Assembly: GCA_040285825.1 (NCBI GenBank)
Contig: JAUPSS010000004.1
Coordinates: forward strand, 4,245,784 to 4,309,783
DNA: 64,000 nucleotides
DNA from: Eukaryota sp. TZLM1-RC
Lineage: Eukaryota; Protista; Metamonada: BaSk clade
Direction: 5' to 3'
The notes under the pieces were generated by a model. That model saw nothing but the letters and a program-made list of their open reading frames with translations, searched no databases and was not told where the DNA came from. A program made the translations under genes and the position numbers. This document shows positions 33,416-46,570 of this stretch, in pieces (the stretch's first letter is position 1; every line of letters begins with the position of its first letter).

Positions 33416-33689
33416 TTAAGTAAGCCACATAGACTGTTCTGGGTATTGGAGTACAAGAAGTCGCACTAGGTGAGTAGCATGAGCTCCAATACTAGTTTGG
33501 TTGTGTGGTTACCATTTCTCTTATTCACATTTGAAATTCATTTCGTCAATTCTTTTTTGCTGCTACCCCAAATTTCTCAACCATAAATCCCACCATCTCC
33601 GACTGATATTTTGTCAATATGAGCAAACATTGTTGCTCTCATTTCTGCTGTGCTCCGTTTTTCCACACAAACTATTTCTGATTAGAATG

Positions 33690-34048
33690 CTCTATTGCGT
33701 TACGAGTTGGATCGCTCTCATCAAAACTATGCTCCTTGCAAACGCAGAGGAATCCCAACAAGCTAGTGAAGTCACACAGCCCTCACACAGCAGTACCAAT
33801 TACGAATTCAACTGACTGAATCTCAATTTGAGGAAACAAAATCTGAACTATCCAAATCTCAAGTACTTTTCTCATCAAGATCATCGGCTATTCCAGCGAA
33901 AACACCATCTGTTATTGAAAAGTATCATCAATTGCAAGATGCTCAAAACATGGCCAAAAAAGAACAATTGGAGAGGGAAAAGTTGGAGACCCATTTGCAA
34001 AAAATTCACAATGTTTTTGAAGAAAAACAACCCACTTTCACTTTATAA
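33690..34048 (+). pseudogene. Frameshifted coiled-coil gene fragment, possibly TPR/Mlp nucleoporin-like
   Basis: ATG-less frame from 33782: ..SVIEKYHQLQDAQNMAKKEQLEREKLETHLQKIHNVFEEKQP; frameshift at a CACACAGC duplication. Confidence 0.3.
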
Positions 34049-34915
34049 CAATAGTCTTGGATGATGAGCGAAGTTACGCAAAAAGCTATGAGCAGTCGAC
34101 TATGGGAGTCCTTAGAAGTTGAGCAGTTGCCCTAGAAGTGTTGAATCCCACATTTATTGGCTCTGATATTCATGCTGGATGTGACTGTGTACGGTGATTT
34201 CAAGGCTGTGTTTACAAGTAATGCTGAAGAATCAACCGAAAGAGCAATGAATTCTAGAAAGTTAAACAACCTTAAAATGGGAAAGCAATAGAAACAAGTG
34301 GTTTGTTTCTATCAGCATTAACTTCTTAGATATCTTTGTCTTGTTTTGCATGTATCTTGCAATATATCTTTGCAGTATCTTTGTATTTTTCTCTACTTGA
34401 AGCAACGCTTATTTTCTTTATGTAATAGGAATTGAAGTTTAGCTAAACTAATAGCGCCATTAAAAATTATTTGTTCTTCAAAACTTTAAATATGTGTGAC
34501 CTCTTTATTGTTTTTTGTAAATAAGTGTTACTGACTTAAATAGATAGAAACGAATAAGTCAATAATTTACTATTAATAAAATAAAAAAGTTCTTTTCCAA
34601 GCCAAGATTAGACTATTGGGTCCACTTTCTCAACCAAAGACTCAATCCCAAGGTTATCAATTCCACATTAAAATTGTTAGTGCTTGTGAAGACGTAGAGT
34701 AATGTTAACCAGTTCGCAACATTTATTTTGGAATATCATTTCTAATCTTGACTTGTTTTATATCTTTTTTGGAATTCTTCTTTGATAAGCCAACACAATT
34801 TCCCGCGCTCAATCTCAACTTCATTTGAGGGATCAGAAAAAACACAAAAACTCAATCCCTCTACATCGGTGTAAAAAGGGTACTTATTTCATTGTGTTAA
34901 ACAATATCTGTAAGA

Positions 34916-35848
34916 ATGAGTAACTTTGAATCAGAGTATGACCCCAAGCCACTACCAGATGAAGTACAACCCCTAGCGAAGTGGAACGTAGGCCTTCTCA
35001 CGTTTTTTGTTCTCATACAGTTCTTAGGTGGACTTGGGTTTGGAATTGCTGGTCTTTTAGCCGTTGCTCCTGGATTTTTGTTCCTATTTATCTTACGTAA
35101 CCCCATCAAGAAACATGTAAACCTCAACCGCTTCATCTACATCTTCTTCTCCATTCTACCTGGTATTATCATCGTAGTTTTCCAACAAATGGGAATGTCT
35201 GCATTCTTTGATTCGTTATATGATGAAGATGATATTAACTTTGGCATCCACAATCTCTTTTATTCTCTATTCACTGCATTTATGGTTGCTTCGTTCACCG
35301 AAGAAGTTTTAAAGTATTTCGTCATTCGTAGAATCGATCATACCCCAGAGTTTACAAGGACCAATATTATAGGAACCTCCTTGCTTGGTTTTGCTGGAGG
35401 TTTGGGTTTTGGAATCTTTGAAAACATTCTGTACCTTTCTTCTGCCTATGCTGATGGTGGTGTTCCTATGGCACTTCTCACTGGTGTCATGAGAGCCGCA
35501 TCTGCTGTTCCTTTCCACTCCGTTACTGGGGCAATAATGGGCCTGGGACTAGGTGTTAGGAAGCATCGATTAGGAGGGTTTGCTACAATGGGGAAAATCA
35601 TTGCCATTCCTTTTGTGTGTCATGGAATCTACAACTTCCTCTTGTTTATGATATTATCAATTGAGTATTGGTTTGGGGAAATTGCGGCTGGCATCTATGG
35701 ACTGTTTGCATTGGTTTTCAACATCACCCTTGTTGCCTTAATGTGTATATGGACAAAGAAAAAAGTATATGAATATAATGAAGTTTATGAACAAAAGAAG
35801 GGAATTTCGGGAAGAAGTTCTGCTTTTGAGCTCAATTCTTCTGTATAG
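34916..35848 (+). CDS. PrsW-family (M82) intramembrane protease
   Basis: FTEEVLKY, GFGIFENILY, R..AVPFH..TG and HGIYN motifs in a multi-TM 310-aa protein. Confidence 0.88.
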   Translation: MSNFESEYDPKPLPDEVQPLAKWNVGLLTFFVLIQFLGGLGFGIAGLLAVAPGFLFLFILRNPIKKHVNLNRFIYIFFSILPGIIIVVFQQMGMSAFFDSLYDEDDINFGIHNLFYSLFTAFMVASFTEEVLKYFVIRRIDHTPEFTRTNIIGTSLLGFAGGLGFGIFENILYLSSAYADGGVPMALLTGVMRAASAVPFHSVTGAIMGLGLGVRKHRLGGFATMGKIIAIPFVCHGIYNFLLFMILSIEYWFGEIAAGIYGLFALVFNITLVALMCIWTKKKVYEYNEVYEQKKGISGRSSAFELNSSV

Positions 35849-37298
35849 CTGAAGTGACTCAAAATCGCATCTTCCCATGCCAGCTAATAAACTATATTAT
35901 ACTCTAAACTTTCTTTTCCCTACTCACTGCTGTTTTCGATAGTTCGGACTGAGAACTGTGTCATTTTAGCATCATCATTAAATTTAGTTTTCTGGTGCAG
36001 TTTGCCTCATGTTGTCTATTTATATATTGATAGATTATGGTGTAGAAGCAATAAGCAATGGGTCTTGGTAAATGGGGCAAATCGATTCATATTTAGAAGA
36101 CTACTTGTCCTCAGTGCTTTTTCTCATTCTTTTTTACAACATTGAAAAAACAAAAAAACTAAGGGATTGTATCTATTTTCAATTGAATTATAGAAACTAT
36201 GCCCAACAAGCTCGTAATTCTTGGCTCAATGAATTTTGTCCAATTGTTTCTGATTGTTTTGTAATGTGATAAAGTTCAATAAGATACCACTGAACAGCAC
36301 CCATTTTGACATCATATGCTTGACTAGTTTCATAAGTTTGTGGGATTATGAATTTCAAATACCCTTCTTAGTTTAGTGTGATATTTGTTTGGGTCAATTT
36401 CAGCAAAAACATCGCCTTTGAATAAATTCAAATCATTTTACGGAGATTTTGAATATATCTTTCAACATTTTTCCACATCATTTCTTTTTCTTATTTTCTT
36501 TTTGTTTTTTCTTGGTTAACAGAAACACCAACGCCATTCTGTTAGAATGCTGTTGTTGAAAAAGTAGACATGGGAATAGATTGTTGCTTGCATTACAAAC
36601 GTTGTTCCAGATTTTAATAAAATTTTAAATGGGAAATTGTTTTTGAAACAGTTGTAGTGATTTTACACTTCGACTTTGTTCTTTGGTCCACTAGCTATTG
36701 AGTAAACTTGGAGTTTTTTTTGACATTTTGAAGTCCTATTTTGAATTTGAACAAATGAGTCCATATGAACATTGTCCAATTGAAAGCAGCCATAGAACTT
36801 TATTCTATTTACAAGAGAATTGGTTGTAGACCAAAGATTAATCGACTTTGTCTCAATTTATGTGTATTAGATTTTAATATCGATAAAACAATTATAAGAG
36901 TGTGCACAAGTCATCATTATGAATGGTGCTTTCAGCGATATTATATATAGCAGTTCACAGCACTTTTCAGTGAAAATATCCTTGTACACCATATACAATT
37001 GAAAATTGTTTCGTCTATAATATAATAATATATATAACGTAAACAGCAAATCTGTAGGTCTACATGTTGAAACATTTAAGTTTGTGGTACAAACTGACTT
37101 GTTAAGAATTTGTTAAGAATTTACTTTCTTCTGTGTAAGCAATCCGAATGAATGGTATCATCGAATGGTCAGCCGTTGTATCTCCATGATAAACACAGAC
37201 TTAATAATTCGTTGAATTCTTCAAGTGATGTATTATCTTCCAGTCAATATGCAAATATTTAGAGTCACCCATTGATATAGTATAATTTATGTAACAGA

Positions 37299-37452
37299 AG
37301 TCATGGGATGGAAAAGCAAAAATACATTACATAAACAAGTACATCATGAAGTGTGGAACAGAAGTTTCTAGCCAAACAAATAAACATAATATTGCAAATG
37401 TATTGTCGTGACTCAATAGTGTTTCAAAAAGATTGCCACAAATGGAGAGTAG
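37299..37452 (+). repeat. Approximately 155-bp dispersed direct repeat (partner 48370-48524)
   Basis: AAGTCATGGGATGGAAAAGC...CCACAAATGGAGAGTAG with few mismatches; CTGACACATTGATA recurs downstream of both copies. Confidence 0.9.
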
Positions 37453-37652
37453 CTATTGTAAGTGAACATCTTCTACACCGATAAGTCTGTCATTGAATAC
37501 TGATTTTTGTTTCATTATTGTTATGTCTGTGATCATCTGACACATTGATAAGTTGGCCCAATGAACCATCTGAACGTCTCCAATGATGAGAAGTTTATGG
37601 CGAACTAGTTATGTAAATCTGGCATAAGTTCCTTGAAAAGGGAAACTAAACA

Positions 37653-39662
37653 ATGATTAATCATCTGATCATGCCTAATGTACTAGTGTCATTCTTGTGT
37701 TCCTTGCTCATAGCTGTTTACAGCTATAGCGACATCAGTTATGAACGCCAATTAATGACTTCTTTGCCATCCGATGTCTCTCATATGAGTTCAACATCCT
37801 TTCAATATCACAGAAACCATTGTGATTCTATTGCTTTATCCTTTCTACGGCCAGACTCCGCTTCATATTTTTTATGTCTTTGTTTCAATAAACATGGAAC
37901 TTTTTTCCAAAGTCTTGGCTTTTTCCCCTTCTATTACCTCCAAAAACAAACTGGTGACGTTGATCTAATTGCTTTCGATGCCCCTGTGAATTATGATTCT
38001 CGTAAATTCAATACCTTTGATGATCGTCCATCAACGTTCGCCATTTCCGCTGCAGGTCTAGGCTCGGAGCTCTTCATTGCCCAAGCTTCCTGTTCATCCC
38101 TTGTTTCTGAATTGTACAGTGGACAGCATTGTGGAGAAACATTCTTTTCTCATACTTGTGATAATTCAACCTTTGATCTAGATGCTGATATCCTTGGTAA
38201 TTGTAAGTTTTCTATTCACAAATCTGATATTGATTACACTGCTAGTTCAAATCCCACTTCTATTATTAATTCTGGTGATGTAATTCTTTACCATGAAATA
38301 GACATTCCTGAACCTGATGAATCTGATGACCACGCCAACCCTGCCCTTGATTACGTTCATCATGCTGTGGGTACAGTAGTTGCCTTAAAGGATCTTGATG
38401 ATGATGGTGACCTAAACCTCATTGTAGGCGGTATAGTGAAACAACCTGTAGGTAAGTGGGAATTTGGTACTGTTGATAGGATTTGTTGTCAGATTTTACA
38501 AGATATTGACTTTGAAAGTGTAGATGCTCAGACAATCTTCAATTCTTGGACTGCCGTACGTCTTGGTAATGGTGAAGATAGGGCAAGAACAACACACTTG
38601 AGAATGAGAGATTGGATACGTCATAGTTCTGCTTTTGTTTTCAACAGTAACAACAATAGAATTCAAGCTCGGGACCGTGAAAGACCAGCTAGAGGTTTAT
38701 ATAACCCTGATCCTTTTGCCTTTCAAACGACTGCTGCTACTATTCAGTTCACATGGGGAATTCAGCATCATTACACTTCTTTCATTGATCATGGGGAAGT
38801 TGGTTTTATTTTTGGAATGAAGGATCGCCGCAATTATTACTCCTACATTCTGTCAAATCACGACGATTGTGGTAATTTTGATGTTACCCATGGAGACATT
38901 GTTGCCAAGATTGTTGATGGTCAATATCCTGCTTATCCGCTATCTCCTCATAAAGAGATATCAGAATTTTATAGAGGTCAACGCGATAATATCAGAATTG
39001 AGATTGATGGTGATCACATCAAATTATTTTTCAATAATGAACTCCGATTCGATGTGGTTGATAATAATGTAGGGGGAGTGGGCCCCTTTCACGGTAGTTA
39101 TGGTTTCTATGTATGTTTTCTTTATTGTTAACTTTAGGTTTGGGATCTGCCTGATGCCTATTTCGAGGATATTCGAGTTGAAACCTCATTCACTTCTGGT
39201 TTGGTCACAGTGAATCAAGAACCTACAGAATGGGTCGGAGAACCTTATACCAACAGTGAATGTCTCTTGAAGTTGTTTACCGGCAAGGTAGGTTCAGCAC
39301 TTACCACACTAACTCCATTTCCGTTCCCTTGTCCTGATTCTTCTGAAACTTATTCATGTTCATCCAGTTGGGTCTCACTGACTCCTGGGTCTAATGACAT
39401 GGTTGTTGACTGCAGTGATGGTATTAATCGTGTTCGTAAAGTCATTTCCAATTGGTCAACAACAGGAGCTTCTTCTATTGAAGATTACTCTGTTTTACCA
39501 TCAGTATTAGATGATCCTGATGCAGTTAGTTCCCTTCTTGAGGTGGACTTTCAGCACCGAAAGCCAGTAGTTAGTTCATCTGGTCATCATCTTTCTCCAT
39601 TAATTACGTTCACTGTTAGAAATGGTGGTCTTTATTATAGACATTTACTAATGGATTATTAG
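37653..39662 (+). CDS. Secreted Cys-containing protein with a thrombospondin-C-terminal/L-lectin-like domain; 27-nt intron at 39111-39137
   Basis: Signal-peptide-like N-terminus (start may be 37671); DHGEVGFIFGMKD..YY; GSYGFY|VW joined by an in-frame stop-containing GT-AG intron to ORF 39201-39662. Confidence 0.7.
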
Positions 39663-40010
39663 TTTGTACATAGTTCGTCAATTTATTGTCTTTTATCAGA
39701 CTTGTCTTGTTGTAAATACGGTTGTAATTTTTCTCATTTTCTGTCATATTAACTCAAGCTACATCACATAGAGTTTGTGTTAACTATGACGAACTGACCC
39801 TAATTATTGGAAAATCTTTGGTGTAATAAAAAAACAAAAGACTTATTGAATAAGTGACACACCAATTACAAATTCATAATCTAGACTCCGGTGAATCAAC
39901 ATTATTTACAAGCTCTCTATTCTGACAAACGCGTCATATTAGCTTGGACTACCATTATTGTGTCCAATTCAACATAAGATTAGAGCAAAGATGTTGCCCA
40001 GATCGTTCCT

Positions 40011-40089
40011 TGTTGGCGCCCTAAGGCTTATATAATATGAATAGAAAATAAATCAGACTCTTCTTTACTACAATAGACTTTAGGCAACA
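40011..40089 (+). repeat. 5' LTR of element 1 (79 bp)
   Basis: 5 differences from 48044-48122; contains TATATAA and AATAAA. Confidence 0.92.
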
Positions 40090-43000
40090 ATAATTATTGA
40101 CCATTTTAAAGTCAAAAGGTATACCTTAACTTCAGCACTTTACTAGCAAACATCCCCAGAAACCAAAAACCTTTACAGCATGTCAGACATCATTCAGCAA
40201 GATATCTCTGACCCTAATCCCCCAACTAACATGCAACAGGAACCAGCGACACATATACATAATAAAGAGGGTAACGAGGCAACGGACCCGGATCCCACCT
40301 CCCCCTCCCTAAAAGTGAAAGATGAAAGAGTGGACGAGGTCCCTCCATCTTCAGCAATGGAAGAGGTAACGAGAACGGACCCGGCTCCCTCTCCCCTCAG
40401 CAAAAAAGAAACAGATGAGGTTACGAGAACGGACCCGGCTCCCTCTCCCCTCCCAATTAGTGAACCCGTCTCAAAGGGAACGGATGGAAATTCCACCTTA
40501 GACACGTCTACCCCATTAGGAGAATATGAAGAAATTCAATCTCAACTGGATGAAATGGAGGGAGAAGACGACTCTTCCGAGGGGTTCTACAAGTTATTAA
40601 GAGAGGATGCGGAAGCTTACCTCGAACCAACAGATTTCTGTCTGTTCGAGCAGCTTCCTCCCCTATGGAGTTACATTCAAAAGAGGCAGAAACGTTGGTT
40701 TCCAGACCCTCGGTATGGCTGGGGATACCCAAAAGGTATTGGAAATTCCCCTCAACGAAAGGAATGAACTCATAAAGGCTCTTGATAAATTGAGCAGGGA
40801 GACATTCGGACGTATCGCAGAGCGACGTCCCAGAATGTCTGGAATGGACAAGAGAATCAATGAAATGATGTCTCTTCCCATCAAAGATAGATTGGATTGG
40901 AAAGCCACCTTCCTAGATCAACATGGCAGGAGAATCAGGTTTCTCTCCATCGAGCAGAGAAGTAGGACCGACTCGGAAGACATCCTACAATCCAAATTGC
41001 CTGCCTGGTTTGATCCCAACTTTGATACGGAAATCCATAATGACACGGAGCTGACAGAGGGTGCTCCCACATATTTTAGGAAATTATTGAGCAGGAGGAT
41101 AGTAGTGAACCGGACAAGCTTGAACCGGTAACACCTTGGTTCGATGCAGACGCTCTGAATAATATTCACACGGAACGATCAGCGGTATCTACGTATAGGA
41201 GCCTTTCTAACAACTACATCCAACAACATGGTAACTCGTTCACGAAACAACGAGATTTTAGACAATGGGTAACGGGAGATCCATCCACATCTCTTTACCT
41301 TCCCAAACTGCCTGTTGTAGCCGCTATAATTTCTGAAAAAAGCCAACCAATACAGGTCTGCTCTATTGACAGCATATCCGAACACGTTCCAACAGTGAAC
41401 GTCCCGGAACCTGTAACTAGACATGACGTTGCTCCTCAGGAAGAACCAACTTCCTCCCAACCTTTGGAAAGTGAAATCGGAGAAAACATAGAGTTGAACG
41501 GGCCAGTCGTTGGAGAAACGGCTCCTCCTCAACCCTCAGTAAGAGATTCTTCTTCCGACAGACCTATGCGTATTGAGGACCTACAATCCTCAAGAAGAGC
41601 TATTGACATGAGCATAGCTAGTAGCCTTCATAGACAGATTGATCCACGGTCTGAGGATATCGACTATAAAAGACTTCGATTATCCGCTGATGACCCTATC
41701 AACAAAATGTCTATCATAGCTTTTCTTTTGAAATATCAAACTTGGGATAAATACGGGCGAACGATAGCTAATAGAAGCTTTGAAGCCCCAGGTCAATCAG
41801 ACTGGACCAGAGCCTTTATGATAGCTACCCGGCTATTTGGAGAAGACCAAGCAGAAATAACCCAAGATAGGATTAAAGATCTCCCCAAACATATACGCGA
41901 CCAGATCTCCATGGATACAACACAGCCTTTGGTAAGGATTGACCCAGCTATAACAGATAAGCTCGGACCCCCAATCCACCATTATGATTTATTTAGGAGC
42001 ATGATGATGAGCACTTGCCCTACAGGAATATCCAGCATGATCGACCCTAGACTTCTATCTAGATGGCAGAGTCAAGGCTTGAACAGCCCTAATGAAGCCT
42101 AGAATAAACTGGAGAAAATCCACAATAGGCGTGAGGCTGACAACGAGTTTGGTTGTTATGTAGAAGATTATGGAGACGTCTTGAGAATGACCACCTACAT
42201 GACCGACCTAACCATCCCCGATTTAATTAGAGGAAGCAGTGGGCTGATAACCATATCTCCCGCTCTAATAGCCGAGTACTTCCTTATGGGTTTGGATAAC
42301 TTCGCTATATCAAGCGAACTCCTCCCAGTATGGACTAGGGAATCCTTGTGGGACTCACCGAACAGAACAACTCTACTCGATTTGATATCGACAACGAAAA
42401 GACATTTCCTCGTTTGGTTTTTCACAGCAGGAAATAAGCCCACAATGGATGTACTAAGGAATAGGGCTAACGAAGAAGAAATTTCTTTGGGATTCACGGC
42501 AATGAGAACTTACTCAAGAGGAGTAACACCATCAGCCCAGGCTCCAACAAAACGAGCAAGACGATCAGGTGGAAAGTCAAGAGGAACCCCTCAACACAAA
42601 TACATCCCTGAAAAGCATGAACGAGAAAGGTCAAAATTCTGTACATTCTGCAGTAACGTTGAAGGTAACAATCATGTTGGCCACACTGTATTCGAATGCA
42701 AGGAGCCTCGTTGTGCTAGAAGCAGAGTTCCCAAAGAAGAAAGATTTAGATTAGGAGATCAGGAGACGCCTGCTAGTAGAGGCAGTGTAGAAAGGGGCCG
42801 AGGTGGCCGTGGTAGACGTGTACATAGATTTAAATTTAGAGGCCGTGGAGGCCGGTTTAGAGGACATAAAGGAAGAGGTCAATATGGACCTATTTATAAC
42901 ATCAACACTACAGAGGATATATCATCAAACGCATCCCCTACTGAGTCAAAACCGACCCGTTCGAGTACGGTTCCTCACAGACGGATCAACAACAGCAACC

Positions 43001-45436
43001 GGAATAGCAGGACAGGCAACTTTCCTGATCGGGTACACATCAATGCAATCAATCACAAACAATCAACAACCGATTTAGCAAACCCGGTCAACAACTTTCC
43101 AACAGCTCAACAAAATCTCTCAATTCCTCTACAAATTCACCAAACCTGCTCTGATATCAACAGTATTTTTGATATTAATTCTACGTTTAGTGGAAACCAC
43201 ATCAGATACCAGCGTTCTCCATTTCTAAGACTGGAGATATCAATAAATGATATTAAAATGATTGCGACTATAGATGTGGCTGCGTTTTGTTCAGTTATTA
43301 CTGCAGATTTAACTGAACAATGCCATATGTCAATCAATAGCAAGGATACCATTAAGTTCTTACCAGCTGATAACGTATCCACAAAATCGCTAGGGATTGC
43401 AACTGGTATTCTGTCGTTCAATGTAGGAAGCATTGCGCAACAAGTTCATTATAAACATACTCTTCCCATAATCCCGGGTTCGAACAAATTATTAATAGGG
43501 ACAGACATGTTAAAAGCACTTGGGCTTCAGACGGATGATGGTTTTTTCATTAGATTAGACAAAGAACACCGCATTTTGCTAAATGCAGAATTAGAATTCG
43601 ACTCTAGGATCGCTCAACATTCGATTGGGACCTTAAATAACCATTCACCAAGTCCTTCTGATTTTGAGGAGCAATTAGCAAGATCTGGATGTGAGATAAA
43701 ATTAGATGATAGTAATAATAAATTAAAATTAACGAGTCTACTAGGAATTTTCAGCGATGTTTTTAGTGAAACTCCAAACAGAAAAGGAATCAATTGTAAT
43801 CCTCTAACAATCCCCTTTAGAGATGAGAATGCTATAGTACACAAGCCTGCTAGACGGTTAAATCCAGCAAAATGGAAATAGCAAACAAAATATTTGATGA
43901 ACTGATTGAAATGGGCTATGCAGTTGAATCAAATTATAAATTCAGCTCTCCTATTGTGTTAGTTATATATCCTGACGACAAGAAACCCAGGTTGACTGGA
44001 GACTTTAGCGGTAAAGATGGAGTTTATGCCCACACGATTTCAGTAGAGCCTAATCTACCTTGGATTAGAGATATTTTAGAATTTTTGAGTAGAGCAAACT
44101 ACATTGCCACGCTTGATTTACCAAAAGCTTTCTGGCAGATGAACGTAGCTGAGAAGGATATTGAGAAAACATCAATCTCAATCCCGGAAGGTCAATTATG
44201 TTTAAAAGAGTTTGCTTCGGATTAAACATCCCAGCAGTTTTTCGAAATGTAATGATGGAAAGATTCCAAATGATGGCGTTTTTATATATATCGATGATAT
44301 TATAATAGTTGGAACGACTTTCGATGAATTCTATAAGAGATTACAAAGAGTCCTCCAATGCGCCAGAAATAGACGTGTAAATATAGGTCTACGCAAATGT
44401 AAATTCGTAACATCCAAACACCCTATTGATATTTTAGGAAGCACCTTCCAGGATAAAACCAGATTTATTAGTAAGAAAAAAATCGAAGCCTTGATGAGAA
44501 TCCCTAGACCAAAATCAGTGAAAGAAGTTCGCTCATTGGTAGGATCCATCAATTATATTAGAGATTGGCGTCCAGGTATTTCCGAATTAATAGCTCCAAT
44601 TAACGAGTTAATTAAAGGAAAACCTAGAATAATAAAATGGACCAACGAGCATGACGATTATTTTAAACAAATAAAAGATTTAATAATTAATCACATGCCT
44701 CTGGAATTACCAGCTCCGGGCAAGCGAGTATTGATAAGTACTGACGCTTCAGATGTAGCAGTAGGAGGTGTAATTTGGCAAGAAATTGAACCCTACTCCC
44801 CTGCAGGAACCCCGCTAAATAAAAGGAAAGTGAAACCTTTGTCATTCTATAGTAGATTACTTACAGAAACACAAAGAAAATGGTCCACCCTACAAAAAGA
44901 ATTATATGGAATACTGTTGATTTTAACTGAAAGTTGTTTAGAAAGCTACTTGTTAACTAGACATTGAACAATTTTCACCGATCACAAAAACATTGCATTC
45001 CTGGCTACAGCCCCAGAGAAAAATAGAATTGTAAAGAGATGGCTGCCGATACTATCTGAATTCGACTTTGACATAGTCCATGAACCTGGTGAAGACAACC
45101 ATTGGGCAGATATGTTATCGAGGAATATTGATTTGGATCAAAACGAGGAAACTCCTTCTATTTGTAGTACAAATATACCAGATACTTTACTTTCAAATTA
45201 CGAGATATCTCCACTAGACGATGATTCTGATTCGGATCTTGAAGACATCCCATCAATCTCATCTCTAAGTAGACACCAAGACCTACCTATTTTTTCTTCT
45301 TGGTTCTCTAAGATAAGATCTGAACAACAAATAGCCAAAAACAACAACGACTCGTTATTTGAAAATGCAATTCTAGATGAAAATACTCAAATTTGGAAAA
45401 ATAATAAAAACAAAATTTTGATTCCAAAGAGCCTCA

Positions 45437-46570
45437 AATTTGTGAATCGTTTTCCTGAAAAAATTCATCTCATTGAAAATTGTGGCAGCTCTTATCTTAT
45501 TTCATTGCAACAGGAAATTGAAACTCTTTCACCCAATATTTGGGCTAAATGTTTCCCCTCTGATATTGTGGAACTTCCTTCAAGAAGCTTGCTCTCCTTA
45601 CCACTGACTTTTGCAAAATTGCAGAAAAAAATCTTGAAAGTTTTAGAAAACTTGGATTATATTGTACGTCTTAGCTTGGCTAAGGAAAAAAATCCCGTTT
45701 TTGCAAATTTTTTGATTGATCTTGAAGACAGTTGCTCAAGTTGCCTAATCTCCCAAATTCCCAACATTTATGGCCTCCTACTTAATGATCACCAATGGAA
45801 CACTGCAATGAGAATGAGATGTTTTCTATGGCCTTGTTCATTACCAAATGATTTAATTTGTCGCTGCAAGAGTGTTGTTACGCTTTCCCATATTTTAAAC
45901 TGTAAGAATTTCATAACTTATCGCTCACTTGTTCATGACTCAGTTTGTGATCAATTATATGCCATGTGCAAAAGTTTCAATATAGAGGCCTTTATTGAGC
46001 CACTAGTACGTAAGCTGTCTTCAGATCAAACTGATGATTCCTTTGGTAAAAGAAGGGCAGATTTAGTAGCTCCAGGGATCGATGGTGTTCTCAATGTTGT
46101 AGACGTTGTTTCAGTGGATGTTTGCAAAAATTCTGCTGCTCGTTTAGTGTATTCCGCTGATTCGCCGTTATCTAACGCCGAAAAAAAGAAGATAAAAAAG
46201 TATGAAAAACCTTTGGCACAGTTAGGTAGAGTGGAACATGTGAAATATCAGTTATGCCGTTTGCAATTTCTATTTTTGGCAATATTGGACCTTCAGGGTT
46301 GCACTTTTTTGAAAATTTCAAAAAAGTGTTACTGAATAGGTCTGGTAAAACAATGAACTCCACTTTCTGGTTAAATACAATTGTTTTATGCATTTTCAAG
46401 TCTATTCCAACAATGATTTCAAAGGCACTTTTAGCTATTGGTGTAGAATATGAACGTAATGCTGTGAGTAGGTTCAGTAATAGTGACGCTTGTTTGGAGG
46501 ATATTGAATTCTAGATGGGTTTTTTTATCTCAATAATTATTCCAGTTTTAAAAATAAATAAATTTTCAAA
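45437..46570 (+). mobile_element. 5'-truncated non-LTR subfamily C nested in the Gypsy pol
   Basis: TSD AAAGAGCCTCA at 45426-45436 and 46571-46581; short A tail; matches 13296-14398. Confidence 0.93.

Noticed and set aside
37583-37668. Possible C/D snoRNA (ATGATGA ... CTGA)
   Set aside because: No terminal stem or recognisable rRNA antisense element; such boxes arise by chance in AT-rich DNA.
40014-40021. TGGCGCCC resembling a tRNA-Lys primer-binding site
   Set aside because: It lies at the start of both LTRs rather than after the 5' LTR, and the match stops at 8 nt.
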